Of a stretch of 43,598 nucleotides of DNA, positions 17,349 to 27,046 are shown in pieces. The stretch is from contig CAYTXJ010000002.1 of the NCBI GenBank assembly GCA_964440775.1, positions 1 to 43,598 of the forward strand, written 5' to 3'. The notes beneath the pieces are model-generated. The model saw nothing but the letters and a program-made list of their open reading frames with translations. It had not been told where the DNA came from and ran no database searches. Positions within the stretch are counted from its first letter, which is position 1, and each line of letters opens with the position of its first letter. Origin of the DNA: an uncultured Desulfobacteraceae bacterium. Its GTDB lineage: Bacteria; Desulfobacterota; DSM-4660; Desulfatiglandales; JALVMZ01. A program made the translations under genes and the position numbers.

Positions 17349-18387
17349 TTTTAATCTTCCCCTTTAATATGATATTTAGAATTTTCTCTTTATCTGCCAC
17401 TTCAATATCTTCAGGGACATCTTGACCATTTGTGATATAAGAGATGGGTTTTCTTTTATAAATTAATATATTCAATATCTTGCCATGGCTAATTGCCTCA
17501 TCAACTTTAGTAAAGATATAACCTTTAAATCTCAAAGGAGAAAATTTATCTATTGTATCTAATAAAACGGCCTCATCAGAGGAAACACTAAGAAGTAGGT
17601 AAATATCCAGGTTGTGATTATAGGAGAAAAGTCTTCTAAGATATTCCAACTTATTTTTGTCATTTTGACTTTGACCTGCAGTATCAACTAATATAATATC
17701 CATCTGAGATAGATAATTTATTGAATCATTAAGATCTTTATGTGTAAAAGCCTGGAAGAATGGAATACCCATTATATCAGCATATTTTCCAATCTGTTCT
17801 TTGGCACCTATCCTAAAATTATCAATAGAAATTATACCAATATTCCTCTTTTTATTTAGCATATAGATAGCTGCTAACTTAGCCACAGTTGTTGTCTTAC
17901 CTACACCAGTTGTCCCAACTAATGCGATTATCTTGGGTTTATCCATAATTTGATAACCATTTTCCACTTCAATCTTATCGTATAATGCATTCATAAATAG
18001 TGCTTTACAATTATATCTCTTATCATGTATCTTGGATAAGATATTTTCTTCTTCTAATATATCTAAGAGATATTCATTACATACGCCTTTTTTTAATAAT
18101 GTGAGATAAAGGTTAAGAACTTCTTCGTCAAAAATTAATTTATTTAACAAATTATTAAATTCAGTTCTAATAATAAGTAGATCTTTTAATCGAACCAATT
18201 CTTTTTTTAATTCACTTAGAATATCAAATTCGTTTTCAGAATTTGAGGCAATAATTTCAAAATATTCTTTCCCATCATCCTCCTTTTTCTTCTTTGTAGA
18301 AATAATAAGCGCATCCTCACCTAATTCATTTTTAACCTTATCAATACAGTCCTTCAAATCACTTTCTTTAAATATCTTAACTTTCAT
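17332..18387 (-). CDS. flhF: SRP-type GTPase FlhF
   Basis: IALVGTTGVGKTTTVAKLA, ISIDNFRIGAKEQ, VDTAGQSQ, FTKVDEA. Confidence 0.9.
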   Translation of the reverse strand: MKVKIFKESDLKDCIDKVKNELGEDALIISTKKKKEDDGKEYFEIIASNSENEFDILSELKKELVRLKDLLIIRTEFNNLLNKLIFDEEVLNLYLTLLKKGVCNEYLLDILEEENILSKIHDKRYNCKALFMNALYDKIEVENGYQIMDKPKIIALVGTTGVGKTTTVAKLAAIYMLNKKRNIGIISIDNFRIGAKEQIGKYADIMGIPFFQAFTHKDLNDSINYLSQMDIILVDTAGQSQNDKNKLEYLRRLFSYNHNLDIYLLLSVSSDEAVLLDTIDKFSPLRFKGYIFTKVDEAISHGKILNILIYKRKPISYITNGQDVPEDIEVADKEKILNIILKGKIKNGNQD

Positions 18388-20461
18388 CTGTCAACTTTAT
18401 CTCCCCTATAGCTTTAATTTTAATATCAAATGGTATTTCACTTTGAGAAAAGATGGTAATAGAGGGTATAAAATTGCTAATCAACTTTTTGAAATATCTT
18501 CTCACAGATGGAGAAGTAAGAATAACTGGTTGTAAATTCATAACCAAAAGTTTTTCAACACTTTTATTAACACTATAGATGATTCTATCAACTACCTGAG
18601 GATCAATTGAAAGATAGTTTCCATGTTCAGTGGTTTTGATTCCATTTTCAATTATCTCTTCAATGTCTTTACCAAGTACTAATGCCTTTAATTCATTACT
18701 TCCATCTAAATAAGGAGTTATAATAGATCGTGCAAGCTTATGTCTTATATACTCTGTTAATATATCAGGATCTTTTGTGATAGGAGCATAATCTGCCAAA
18801 GTCTCAACTATTGTTAACATATCTCTTATAGAGATCCTTTCTTCTAATAAATTTTGTAAAACTTTCTGAACCCCACCTAAGCTAAGCTGATGGGGAACAA
18901 GTTCATCAACAACTTTTGGATAAGTTTTAGCAAGATTATCTAAAAGCTTTTGAACATCTTGACGGGTCAATAATTCTGGAGCATATTTCTTTAATATCTC
19001 TGTAAGATGAGTGGCTACAATTGTAACATTATCAACAACGGTGTAACCAGCAAGTTTGGCTTCTTCCTTTTGTGACTCATTTATCCATAAGGCAGGCAGA
19101 TTAAAGACAGGTTCTTTAGTTTCGATACCTTTTATTTTTTTAACCACATTTCCAGGATCCATTGCGAGATAGTAATTTAACATCAGGTTGCCTTTTCCTA
19201 CACACACACCTTTTATTAAGATATGATACTGTGTTGGTTCCAGTTGAAGGTTGTCTCTGATGTGAATAGGCGGAATTATAATACCTATATCAGTAGCAAA
19301 CTGTCTTCTTATGGCCCTAATTCTATCTAATAATTCGCCTCCCTGATCTTTATCTACTAAGCTTATCAAACCATATCCTACTTCTATTTCAATTGGATCT
19401 AAAAATAACAGTTCCTCAACAGGCTCAGGGCTTACCTCTTCTCTCTCCTTTACTTCCTCTTCAGCAACCATTTGAGTTAGTTCGCGTTTATAAGAGATTA
19501 AATAGCCTCCCAGGCCAACCATTAATGCCAAAAAGATAAAAGGAATATGAGGAAGCCCTGGAATGAGACCAAATAGAAATATGGTAAAAGCAGCCAAATA
19601 GATGGCTTTTTTATATGAAAATATCTGTTCAGTAAATTCAATTCCCATAGCAGTTTCTGAAGCTGACCTACTTACAATAATACCTGCTGAGGTGGAAATA
19701 ATAAGGGCTGGAATCTGAGAAACTAACCCGTCTCCAATTGTAAGAAGCGTATAGTTATGTGCGGCATCTATTACGGACATCTTTTTTTGAAAGACCCCAA
19801 TAATTAATCCTCCAATAATATTTATAAGTGTAATAATTATCCCAGCAATGGCATCTCCTCTTACGAATTTCGCAGCACCATCCATTGCGCCATTAAAATC
19901 TGCCTCTCTTGTTATCATCTTTCTCCTTCTACGAGCCTCTTCTTCATCAATTAAACCCGCATTTAAATCCGCATCAATACTCATCTGTTTCCCTGGCATT
20001 GCATCAAGCGTAAATCTGGCTGCCACTTCAGCAATCCTGGTGGCTCCTTTTGTTATCACCACAAAATTTACTATAACCAGAATTAAAAATATTATGAATC
20101 CAATTACATAATTCCCCGCCACAACAAATTTTCCAAAAGACATTATCACCCTGCCTGCTGCCATCGGTCCTTCATGCCCATTTAATAAAATCAATCTGGT
20201 TGAAGCTATATTAAGAGATAATCTGAAAAGTGTTGTAACAAGAAGAAGGGTTGGAAAGATTGAAAATTCCAATGGATTATTAATATACATGGAAATTAAA
20301 AGAATTATAACGGAAAAAGTAATATTAGTTGCCAAAAAGAAGTCTAAAACCGTTTTAGGTAGTGGTATTATCATAACAGTTAAAATAACAACCACAGCAA
20401 TAGCAACGATTACCTCGCTGACATTGTAAGATTGAATCTTATTGTTAATCACACTTTCCAT
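18377..20461 (-). CDS. flhA: Flagellar export gate protein FlhA
   Basis: RFTLDAMPGKQMSIDADLNAGLIDEEEARRRR, FVRGDAIAGIIIT and a full-length cytoplasmic domain. Confidence 0.97.
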   Translation of the reverse strand: MESVINNKIQSYNVSEVIVAIAVVVILTVMIIPLPKTVLDFFLATNITFSVIILLISMYINNPLEFSIFPTLLLVTTLFRLSLNIASTRLILLNGHEGPMAAGRVIMSFGKFVVAGNYVIGFIIFLILVIVNFVVITKGATRIAEVAARFTLDAMPGKQMSIDADLNAGLIDEEEARRRRKMITREADFNGAMDGAAKFVRGDAIAGIIITLINIIGGLIIGVFQKKMSVIDAAHNYTLLTIGDGLVSQIPALIISTSAGIIVSRSASETAMGIEFTEQIFSYKKAIYLAAFTIFLFGLIPGLPHIPFIFLALMVGLGGYLISYKRELTQMVAEEEVKEREEVSPEPVEELLFLDPIEIEVGYGLISLVDKDQGGELLDRIRAIRRQFATDIGIIIPPIHIRDNLQLEPTQYHILIKGVCVGKGNLMLNYYLAMDPGNVVKKIKGIETKEPVFNLPALWINESQKEEAKLAGYTVVDNVTIVATHLTEILKKYAPELLTRQDVQKLLDNLAKTYPKVVDELVPHQLSLGGVQKVLQNLLEERISIRDMLTIVETLADYAPITKDPDILTEYIRHKLARSIITPYLDGSNELKALVLGKDIEEIIENGIKTTEHGNYLSIDPQVVDRIIYSVNKSVEKLLVMNLQPVILTSPSVRRYFKKLISNFIPSITIFSQSEIPFDIKIKAIGEIKLTDES

Positions 20462-20471
20462 ATTCCTTCCT

Positions 20472-21548
20472 TTATATCATATCTTTTACCTTACCTTTTA
20501 ACCTATAAACATATGCAAGAATTTCAGCGATAGCCTTATATAGGAATGGGGGAATCTCATGTCCTTCTTCTACTTTATTATACAATATATGAGCTACCTC
20601 TCTGTTTTCAATTATTGGAATTTGATATCTCTCAGCTATTTCTTTAATCTTTTGAGCTATTAGACCCTTTCCTTTTGCAATAACCTGTGGCGCATTCATA
20701 GTTTCAAAACTATATCTTATTGCAACCGCTATATGAATAGGGTTGGTGATGACAACATCTGCTTTAGGAACCTCTTGAAGTATTCTCTTTCTTGCCATCT
20801 GAAGCTGCAGACTCTTAATCCTAGACTTTATCAAAGGATCACCTTCAGTCTTTTTAAATTCTTCCTTTAATTCCAATCTGCTCATTTTGATCTTATTTTC
20901 AAATTGCCATCTCTGATAAGCATAATCTAAGATAGATATAATCATAATCACAACACAAGATTTAAGAGATAGTTTTAGTCCAGAATATAAGATATTTTTT
21001 ATAACCGATATAACTTCCATATTACTAAGACCAATGACTCTGATTAACTCTTTTTTTATAAATAGATAAGCTAATAGTCCTATAAATATAATCTTCAACG
21101 ACGACTTTAAAAATTCAATAAAGGCATTTAAAGAGATCAGCCTTTTTAATCCTGCAATAGGATTTATCTTGGATAGATTAGGGCGTATCTGTTCGAAAGA
21201 GACTAAAAATCCTGTCTGGATTATATTTGAAAATATGGCAATAATAAATACAAAGAGCATAAATGGAGATATGATCTTTAAAAACATTAATGACATATCT
21301 TTTGTAAAAGCCATAATATCATCACTATGAAAAAGACGAGATTCAATCACATTAATAGATCTATGGTAGGCAATATTTATATTAGTATAAAAATAGGTAA
21401 TTATTAACCATAGAATCAAGATAGAAAACAATAATACGATACTTGCAGAAAGATCCCTACTTTTTGCAACTTCTCCCCTCTTTCTAACCTCTTCCCTTTT
21501 CCTTGGCGTTGGTTTTTCAGTCTTTTCTTCGAACTGTTCTTCTGGCAT
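20472..21548 (-). CDS. flhB: Flagellar export switch protein FlhB (autocleavage motif reads NPIH)
   Basis: EKTEKPTPRKREEVRKRGEVAKSRDL, MSRLELKEEFKKTEGDPLIKSRI, VVITNPIHIAVAIRY. Confidence 0.97.
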   Translation of the reverse strand: MPEEQFEEKTEKPTPRKREEVRKRGEVAKSRDLSASIVLLFSILILWLIITYFYTNINIAYHRSINVIESRLFHSDDIMAFTKDMSLMFLKIISPFMLFVFIIAIFSNIIQTGFLVSFEQIRPNLSKINPIAGLKRLISLNAFIEFLKSSLKIIFIGLLAYLFIKKELIRVIGLSNMEVISVIKNILYSGLKLSLKSCVVIMIISILDYAYQRWQFENKIKMSRLELKEEFKKTEGDPLIKSRIKSLQLQMARKRILQEVPKADVVITNPIHIAVAIRYSFETMNAPQVIAKGKGLIAQKIKEIAERYQIPIIENREVAHILYNKVEEGHEIPPFLYKAIAEILAYVYRLKGKVKDMI

Positions 21549-21562
21549 AATATTAAGATCCC

Positions 21563-22333
21563 TTATCTAATAATTAACAAAGTATCATAAATTATCTTTT
21601 TAATATTTAAGATATATCCTTCCATAAATCTTGAAAGTATATAAAAAGATAAACCAAAGAATATTAAGCCGATTATTATCTGAATTGGAAATGCCACAAT
21701 CATTATGTTCATCTGAGGAATAACCTTTGTAATAATTGCAAATATGATATGAGTTAACAAGATTATGCCTAATACAGGAGATGCGATCTTAATTGATATC
21801 TTAAACATCTCACTTGAATAGTATAGAACTAAATCAAAGATATCTTTCCTCACATTAAGATTGCCAAAACTAAGGATATAGAAACTATCTACCAATGTTT
21901 TAAGTAAAATATGATGACCATTAATGCAAAGAAATAAGACAAAAGCTGTGAAATAGATAAAACTTGCCAGAATAGATTGTTGATTTCCATAATAAGGATC
22001 CAGGATATTAGTAATGCTAAAACCAATCTGAAAACCCATATATTGACCCGCTATTCTAATAGCTTCAAAAAAAAGAATAATCGTTAGTGAAATTATAAGA
22101 CCTATAAATATCTCTTTAATAATAGAAAAAACAAACTCCAGATCATTTAAAGGTATAGATATCCTATTTTTATCTATAGAGAGATAGATAATAATTGATA
22201 AGATTAGAGATAATCCTGCCTTTAAAATTGGTGGAGTAGTCCTTAAATTAAAAAATGGCATCATAAATAAAATTATACTCACCCTTGTAAATACAACTAA
22301 AAATAATTTTAATTCAGGATAGATATTCTCCAT
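21563..22333 (-). CDS. fliR: Flagellar export protein FliR
   Basis: Polytopic membrane protein located between fliQ and flhB. FTRVSIILFMMPFF, AGQYMGFQIGFS. Confidence 0.9.
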   Translation of the reverse strand: MENIYPELKLFLVVFTRVSIILFMMPFFNLRTTPPILKAGLSLILSIIIYLSIDKNRISIPLNDLEFVFSIIKEIFIGLIISLTIILFFEAIRIAGQYMGFQIGFSITNILDPYYGNQQSILASFIYFTAFVLFLCINGHHILLKTLVDSFYILSFGNLNVRKDIFDLVLYYSSEMFKISIKIASPVLGIILLTHIIFAIITKVIPQMNIMIVAFPIQIIIGLIFFGLSFYILSRFMEGYILNIKKIIYDTLLIIR

Positions 22334-22342
22334 GCATTACAC

Positions 22343-22612
22343 CTACTTAATTAAAATTGGAATCTGATCTAAGCACATCTTTGTAAATTGAATTAATTGC
22401 CCTGTAATCCAGCTGGAAAATATAATTAGCCCTATCAGAACAACTAAAATCTTAGGGACAAAAGTAAGGGTCATTTCATGAATCTGGGTAATAGCCTGAA
22501 AGATACTTATGATTAAACCTATTATCAAACCCAGCCCTAACATGGGCATTGAAACTAATATGGTGGTTTTTACAGCTTCTTTTGCAATACTTATGACGAC
22601 TTGAGGATCCAT
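22343..22612 (-). CDS. fliQ: Flagellar export protein FliQ
   Basis: 89 aa. PMLGLGLIIGLIISIFQAITQIHEMTLTFVPKI. Confidence 0.95.
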   Translation of the reverse strand: MDPQVVISIAKEAVKTTILVSMPMLGLGLIIGLIISIFQAITQIHEMTLTFVPKILVVLIGLIIFSSWITGQLIQFTKMCLDQIPILIK

Positions 22613-23389
22613 TTAAACTCCAAAAAAACTTTTTACTAAAGAATTTACAAGTAGATTCCATCCATCCACTAATACAAATAACATAATTTTAAACGGTAAA
22701 GATATAAGAATAGGTGGGAGCATCATCATACCCATGCTCAAAAGAACACTCGCTACTACCATATCAATTATTAAAAATGGTATATAAAGAAGAAAACTTA
22801 TTATAAATGCGGTTTTCAGTTCACTTATAACAAATGCCGGTATCAATATGGTTGCAGGAACATCTTCTATATTCTTAGGTCTTTTCGTTTTGGATATCTT
22901 ATAAAAGAGAGCTAAATCTCTTTCACGTGTCTGTTTCATCATAAAATTCTTTAAGGGATTAATTGCAAATTTAATTGCTTCATCCTGACTGATCTCTTCT
23001 CTTAAATATGGCTGAAGTGCGTTATTATTTATATCTTTCCATACTGGCATCATAATAAACACCGTTAAAAATAGCGCAAGACCTGCAATTATCTGATTTG
23101 AAGGAGTCTGTTGTGTTCCTAAGGCATGTCTTAAAAATGCAAAAACTACTACAATTCGGGTAAATGATGTCATCAATACAAGAATTGCTGGTGCAATACT
23201 AATGACTGTTAAAATAAATATTATCTTTATTAACATGGATACATTTGAAGGATCATTTTGATTTTCTATCCCAATATATACTTTTGGAATATCTATCTCT
23301 GCATATGAATATTGTAAAAATAGATTACTACAGATTAAAAATAACAAAATTAAAACTGAACCATATCTTATTTTAAATATCTTCCTCAT
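22613..23389 (-). CDS. fliP: Flagellar export protein FliP
   Basis: [67 protein letters not shown]. Confidence 0.97.
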   Translation of the reverse strand: MRKIFKIRYGSVLILLFLICSNLFLQYSYAEIDIPKVYIGIENQNDPSNVSMLIKIIFILTVISIAPAILVLMTSFTRIVVVFAFLRHALGTQQTPSNQIIAGLALFLTVFIMMPVWKDINNNALQPYLREEISQDEAIKFAINPLKNFMMKQTRERDLALFYKISKTKRPKNIEDVPATILIPAFVISELKTAFIISFLLYIPFLIIDMVVASVLLSMGMMMLPPILISLPFKIMLFVLVDGWNLLVNSLVKSFFGV

Positions 23390-23657
23390 AACTTATCTGT
23401 TCCTTATCCAAAGAAGTTATATAATTGATATTTTCAGGTGTAACACCTAACACTATGATCTTCCCGGAAATTTCCACAACATCTAACCTGCTTTTTGGTG
23501 AAAGATGTAAAGTTGAAATTATATTCATATTGATGTTACTCTTTTTTAAATTTTTAAAGTAGTAAAATTTTCTTAAAAGATATAGTGAGATCAGAAGAAC
23601 TGCCAGAACAATAGATAGCATGCTAATTGTCTTAATACCTATTCCAAATAGGCCCAT
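23373..23657 (-). CDS. fliO: Flagellar export protein FliO (FliZ)
   Basis: Single TM followed by [31 protein letters not shown]. Located between fliN and fliP. Confidence 0.8.
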   Translation of the reverse strand: MGLFGIGIKTISMLSIVLAVLLISLYLLRKFYYFKNLKKSNINMNIISTLHLSPKSRLDVVEISGKIIVLGVTPENINYITSLDKEQISYEEDI

Positions 23658-23673
23658 CCTACCTCCTAAAAAA

Positions 23674-24030
23674 TTAGCCCAGACTCTTTACCCTATCACT
23701 GGGGCTTATTATATCAGTTAATCTAACAGCGAACTTTTCATCTATCACTACAACTTCCCCTTTTCCTATCAATTTTCTATTTATAAATATTTCCACAGGC
23801 TCTCCTACGCTTTTATCCAGTTCAATAATAGAGCCCTGTCCCAATTTTAATAGATCATCCACCACCATCTTAACCCTTCCAAATTCTACGGTGATTTCAA
23901 GGGGAATATCCAAAATGAGACTTAAATCATAACCTCTTTTTTCATTCTGATTCTGAATCTTATCTTCACCTGATCTATCTCCTTCATCATCAATTATCTC
24001 TTTCTCTTTCATATCTTTTATCTCTTCCAT
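23674..24030 (-). CDS. fliN: Flagellar motor switch protein FliN
   Basis: [58 protein letters not shown]. Confidence 0.95.
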   Translation of the reverse strand: MEEIKDMKEKEIIDDEGDRSGEDKIQNQNEKRGYDLSLILDIPLEITVEFGRVKMVVDDLLKLGQGSIIELDKSVGEPVEIFINRKLIGKGEVVVIDEKFAVRLTDIISPSDRVKSLG

Positions 24031-24048
24031 AGTCTTTCTCCTTATAGA

Positions 24049-25011
24049 TTATAATAATTCCGCTATCTTTATTGCCTTTTTCCCGTTTAAAGAACCTGGA
24101 AATCCTTTAAATTTTGGAACTCCTTCAACTTTTATAATAAGAGGGGATTTAACTTTTGTGTTTATAGGAATGGTATCACCAATCCTTAGATTAATTAATT
24201 CATTTGCAGATAAGGTATTATTTCCTAAAATGCAGACCAGATTTAACTCGATATCTTTTAAAATCTCTTCTAAGACCTTCCTGCAGTTATTATCAGTCCG
24301 AACTTCAGGCTTTCTCATTTTCAATTTATCCATTATAGGTTCTAAAATAGAGTGTGGATAACAGATAAATAGATTTCCATTAATTCCCTCAACATATACG
24401 TTAAATTCACTTACAACTATTCTCTCTTTTGGGCCTACAATACTTACAAATTGAGGATCTATTTCTGAACCTGTATATTCAAGGCGAACATTATATATCT
24501 CCTTCCAGGCGCTTTCATAATTTTCCAACATAACTTTACCTATCTTTTTTATCACCTTCATCTCAATGGGTGTAAAAGAACGGCCTTCAAGTTTTACATG
24601 ACCTATACCTCTCCCTCCAAAAAATATATCAATAAAGATGAATGTTAAATTCCCCTCTAAGACCAGAAGACCCGAACCTCCAAGAGGATTGATTTTAAAG
24701 ATATTTAATGAGGAAGGTAGAGGAATAGATTTGGTAAAATCTGTAAAATTCATTGATTTTACTTTCTCTAAGGTGATATCAACATCCTTTCTTAAAATGT
24801 TTAATAAGCTACTTCTTAAAGTCATAATAAATCTCTCATTTATCCTAATAAGACCTGGAAATTTAACTTCAGATGGTGCATCTTCTCCTCTAAAATCATA
24901 GACAACAACATCTTCTCTCTTTTCTTTTTTTTCTTTTTCTGTTGATACCTCTCCCTTTTCTATTCCTTCAAGTAGGGAGTCAACCTCTTCCTGTGATAAG
25001 ATCTTATCCAT
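24049..25011 (-). CDS. fliM: Flagellar motor switch protein FliM
   Basis: MDKILSQEEVDSLL (CheY-P binding N-terminus), middle domain and C-terminal SpoA domain. Confidence 0.95.
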   Translation of the reverse strand: MDKILSQEEVDSLLEGIEKGEVSTEKEKKEKREDVVVYDFRGEDAPSEVKFPGLIRINERFIMTLRSSLLNILRKDVDITLEKVKSMNFTDFTKSIPLPSSLNIFKINPLGGSGLLVLEGNLTFIFIDIFFGGRGIGHVKLEGRSFTPIEMKVIKKIGKVMLENYESAWKEIYNVRLEYTGSEIDPQFVSIVGPKERIVVSEFNVYVEGINGNLFICYPHSILEPIMDKLKMRKPEVRTDNNCRKVLEEILKDIELNLVCILGNNTLSANELINLRIGDTIPINTKVKSPLIIKVEGVPKFKGFPGSLNGKKAIKIAELL

Positions 25012-25020
25012 AACAACATC

Positions 25021-25518
25021 CTATTGAACTACAAATTCAATAAAATAGATATCTTTTATAAAATCTCCATTTAATATATTATTCACTCTTTTAATTATCT
25101 CTTTTTTAAGAGATAATTTTCCCTCCAATGTATTTATATCGTTATATTCTAAGGATGTAAGAAGTAGTAAGATGGAGTCTTTGATCTTTGGCATATCTTT
25201 TTGAATTAATTGATTTATCTTTTTATCTTTAACAATTTCAAGGACCATGGAAATCTTAAGATACCTCTTTCCTGTCTTTTCTTCATCACGAAGATTTGCA
25301 ATAAAAGGATCTAAAGATAGATTTATTGTTTCTTTAGGCCTGGGTTTTGCTTGAACTGTCTTGGTCTCTTTTTTCTCTTTCCCTTTTATAAAATAATTAA
25401 AACCAAAATATCCTCCACCCGATAGGATGATCAATCCTAAAAATATGATTATAATCTTCTTCATAGGACTTCCCTTTTTAACCTCTTCCTGTGCTCCATT
25501 TTGATTTTTATTAGACAT
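25021..25518 (-). CDS. fliL: Flagellar basal-body-associated protein FliL
   Basis: TM followed by LDPFIANLRDEEKTGKRYLKISMVLEI...MPKIKDSILLLLTS...LKKEIIKRVNNIL...IYFIEFVVQ. Confidence 0.9.
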   Translation of the reverse strand: MSNKNQNGAQEEVKKGSPMKKIIIIFLGLIILSGGGYFGFNYFIKGKEKKETKTVQAKPRPKETINLSLDPFIANLRDEEKTGKRYLKISMVLEIVKDKKINQLIQKDMPKIKDSILLLLTSLEYNDINTLEGKLSLKKEIIKRVNNILNGDFIKDIYFIEFVVQ

Positions 25519-25531
25519 CTTTTGTCCCCTT

Positions 25532-26260
25532 TTAAATTTTAAATATTATCTCTACTCTTCTATTTTTTCTCCGACCTTCAGAAGTATTATTATCAAATCT
25601 TGGCATTGATGGCCCATATCCACCTACATAAAATCTGCTTTTTGGAATACTCTTTTTAATTATAAAATATTTAAAGACATTTAACGCCCTATATACTGAA
25701 AGCTCATAATTAGATTTATAAATAGATCTTTTTAATGGAATATTATCAGTGTGACCCATAAGGAGTATAGGGTAAGAACATCCTTTTATAGTCTTTGCAA
25801 TTAGATCAAGAATTGGAAATGACTCCGGTTTTAATTGGGCCTTTCCAGATTCAAAGAGTATTTTATCCTGGATTGATATAACAAATCCTCTTGGGTCATC
25901 ATAAATATCAATGTATCTCTCAATATTATTTAATATCTCTTTATATTTTGGCAAATCTTTAACAGCCTGTGGTAACATCTTCTTTAAAACTGTTATATCT
26001 AACATAACTCTAATATTTTCATTTTTGATCTTATCTATAAGTTCAGTTAGATCTGCTATCTCACCATTGCTACTAAATTCTAAAACACCTGGAGCCCCTG
26101 ATAAAAATGAAAAGGCCTGTTTTAGCTTTTTAGCATCTAATGATGACATACTGAGAAGGAGCACAAAAAATGTTAAAAGTAACATTATAAGGTCTGAAAA
26201 TGTTACCATCCATCTTTGGGTATCAGTGCTAGCTGTATCTTCCGCCTTTCTTCTTGCCAT
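25532..26260 (-). CDS. motB: Stator protein MotB (canonical: TM Asp and OmpA-like peptidoglycan-binding domain)
   Basis: RWMVTFSDLIMLLLTFFVLLL (conserved Asp), GHTDN...SNYELSVYRALNV...GYG...RRKNRRVEI. Confidence 0.9.
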   Translation of the reverse strand: MARRKAEDTASTDTQRWMVTFSDLIMLLLTFFVLLLSMSSLDAKKLKQAFSFLSGAPGVLEFSSNGEIADLTELIDKIKNENIRVMLDITVLKKMLPQAVKDLPKYKEILNNIERYIDIYDDPRGFVISIQDKILFESGKAQLKPESFPILDLIAKTIKGCSYPILLMGHTDNIPLKRSIYKSNYELSVYRALNVFKYFIIKKSIPKSRFYVGGYGPSMPRFDNNTSEGRRKNRRVEIIFKI

Positions 26261-26263
26261 AGT

Positions 26264-27034
26264 TTAATTTATCCTAAAGCTAAAGTCTTTATATGTAAAA
26301 ATTCTCTTCTTTTTCTTTTTAAAAATCTTTTTTATATAAAATGGTAGCTTATGGGTTATTTTTATCTCCACTCTGTTGTTTAACTCTCTTGTTTCAGAGG
26401 ATGAATTGCTTGCTATGGGATTTAAACTCCCTCTACCATATCCCACAATCTTTTCAGGATTTAGACCAAAATCCTCTACAAAGAGCTTAAATATTAATAC
26501 TGTCTTAAGAGATGAAATTTCAAAGTTTGAGCCATATCCCTTATCTATTGCTGATAGATTATCGGTATATCCTATAATTTCAGTAAAATAGTCACCCTTT
26601 TTTATATATTCACCTATCTTTTTTAAAGTAGAAATGACAGATGGCTTTATCTTCATCTTCTCAATATCAAACAGATATCTATCATATATAGTAATAAGTT
26701 CTCTTCCTTCTTTTCTTTCAATCTTTATCATATCACCTAAGATTTTATTATTATTTTCATCCTTTAAAAATTCATTCACATCAAAGTCTCTTTCAGTAAT
26801 GGGAGCTGAAGTGGGTATAATATTTTCTCCTGATTTGAATGGTAAAAGTCCACCAGTGAGATTCCCAAATGCTCCAACCAATGAACCAATTGCTTTTTTA
26901 GTCCTCTTTTCATCTCTTACAGCTATAGAATTTAATAGGATAAAAAACGTTAAAATAATCAGGAATAGAGACACAGTCATCACCATTCCAACATTCGTCT
27001 TTGATTCATCATCTATTCTTTTTCGCCTTGCCAT
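26264..27034 (-). CDS. MotB-like paralog lacking the TM Asp, with a divergent OmpA-like domain
   Basis: Same N-terminus as MotB (MARRK...LTFFILL), but the TM segment VGMVMTVSLFLIILTFFILLNSIAV has no acidic residue. C-terminus GYTDN...SNFEISSLKTVLIF...NNRVEIKI. Confidence 0.75.
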   Translation of the reverse strand: MARRKRIDDESKTNVGMVMTVSLFLIILTFFILLNSIAVRDEKRTKKAIGSLVGAFGNLTGGLLPFKSGENIIPTSAPITERDFDVNEFLKDENNNKILGDMIKIERKEGRELITIYDRYLFDIEKMKIKPSVISTLKKIGEYIKKGDYFTEIIGYTDNLSAIDKGYGSNFEISSLKTVLIFKLFVEDFGLNPEKIVGYGRGSLNPIASNSSSETRELNNRVEIKITHKLPFYIKKIFKKKKKRIFTYKDFSFRIN

Positions 27035-27046
27035 TTCTATATACCT

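Noticed and set aside
22476-22661. 61-aa minus-strand ORF overlapping the fliP/fliQ junction
   Set aside because: It is an alternative frame of two well-supported membrane-protein genes and has no independent support.
26559-26566. ACCGATAA (minus strand) inside the motB-like gene as a sigma28 -10 box for motB
   Set aside because: There is no TAAA-like -35 element at 14-16 nt upstream (TTAC/TACT instead), and the site lies within coding sequence.
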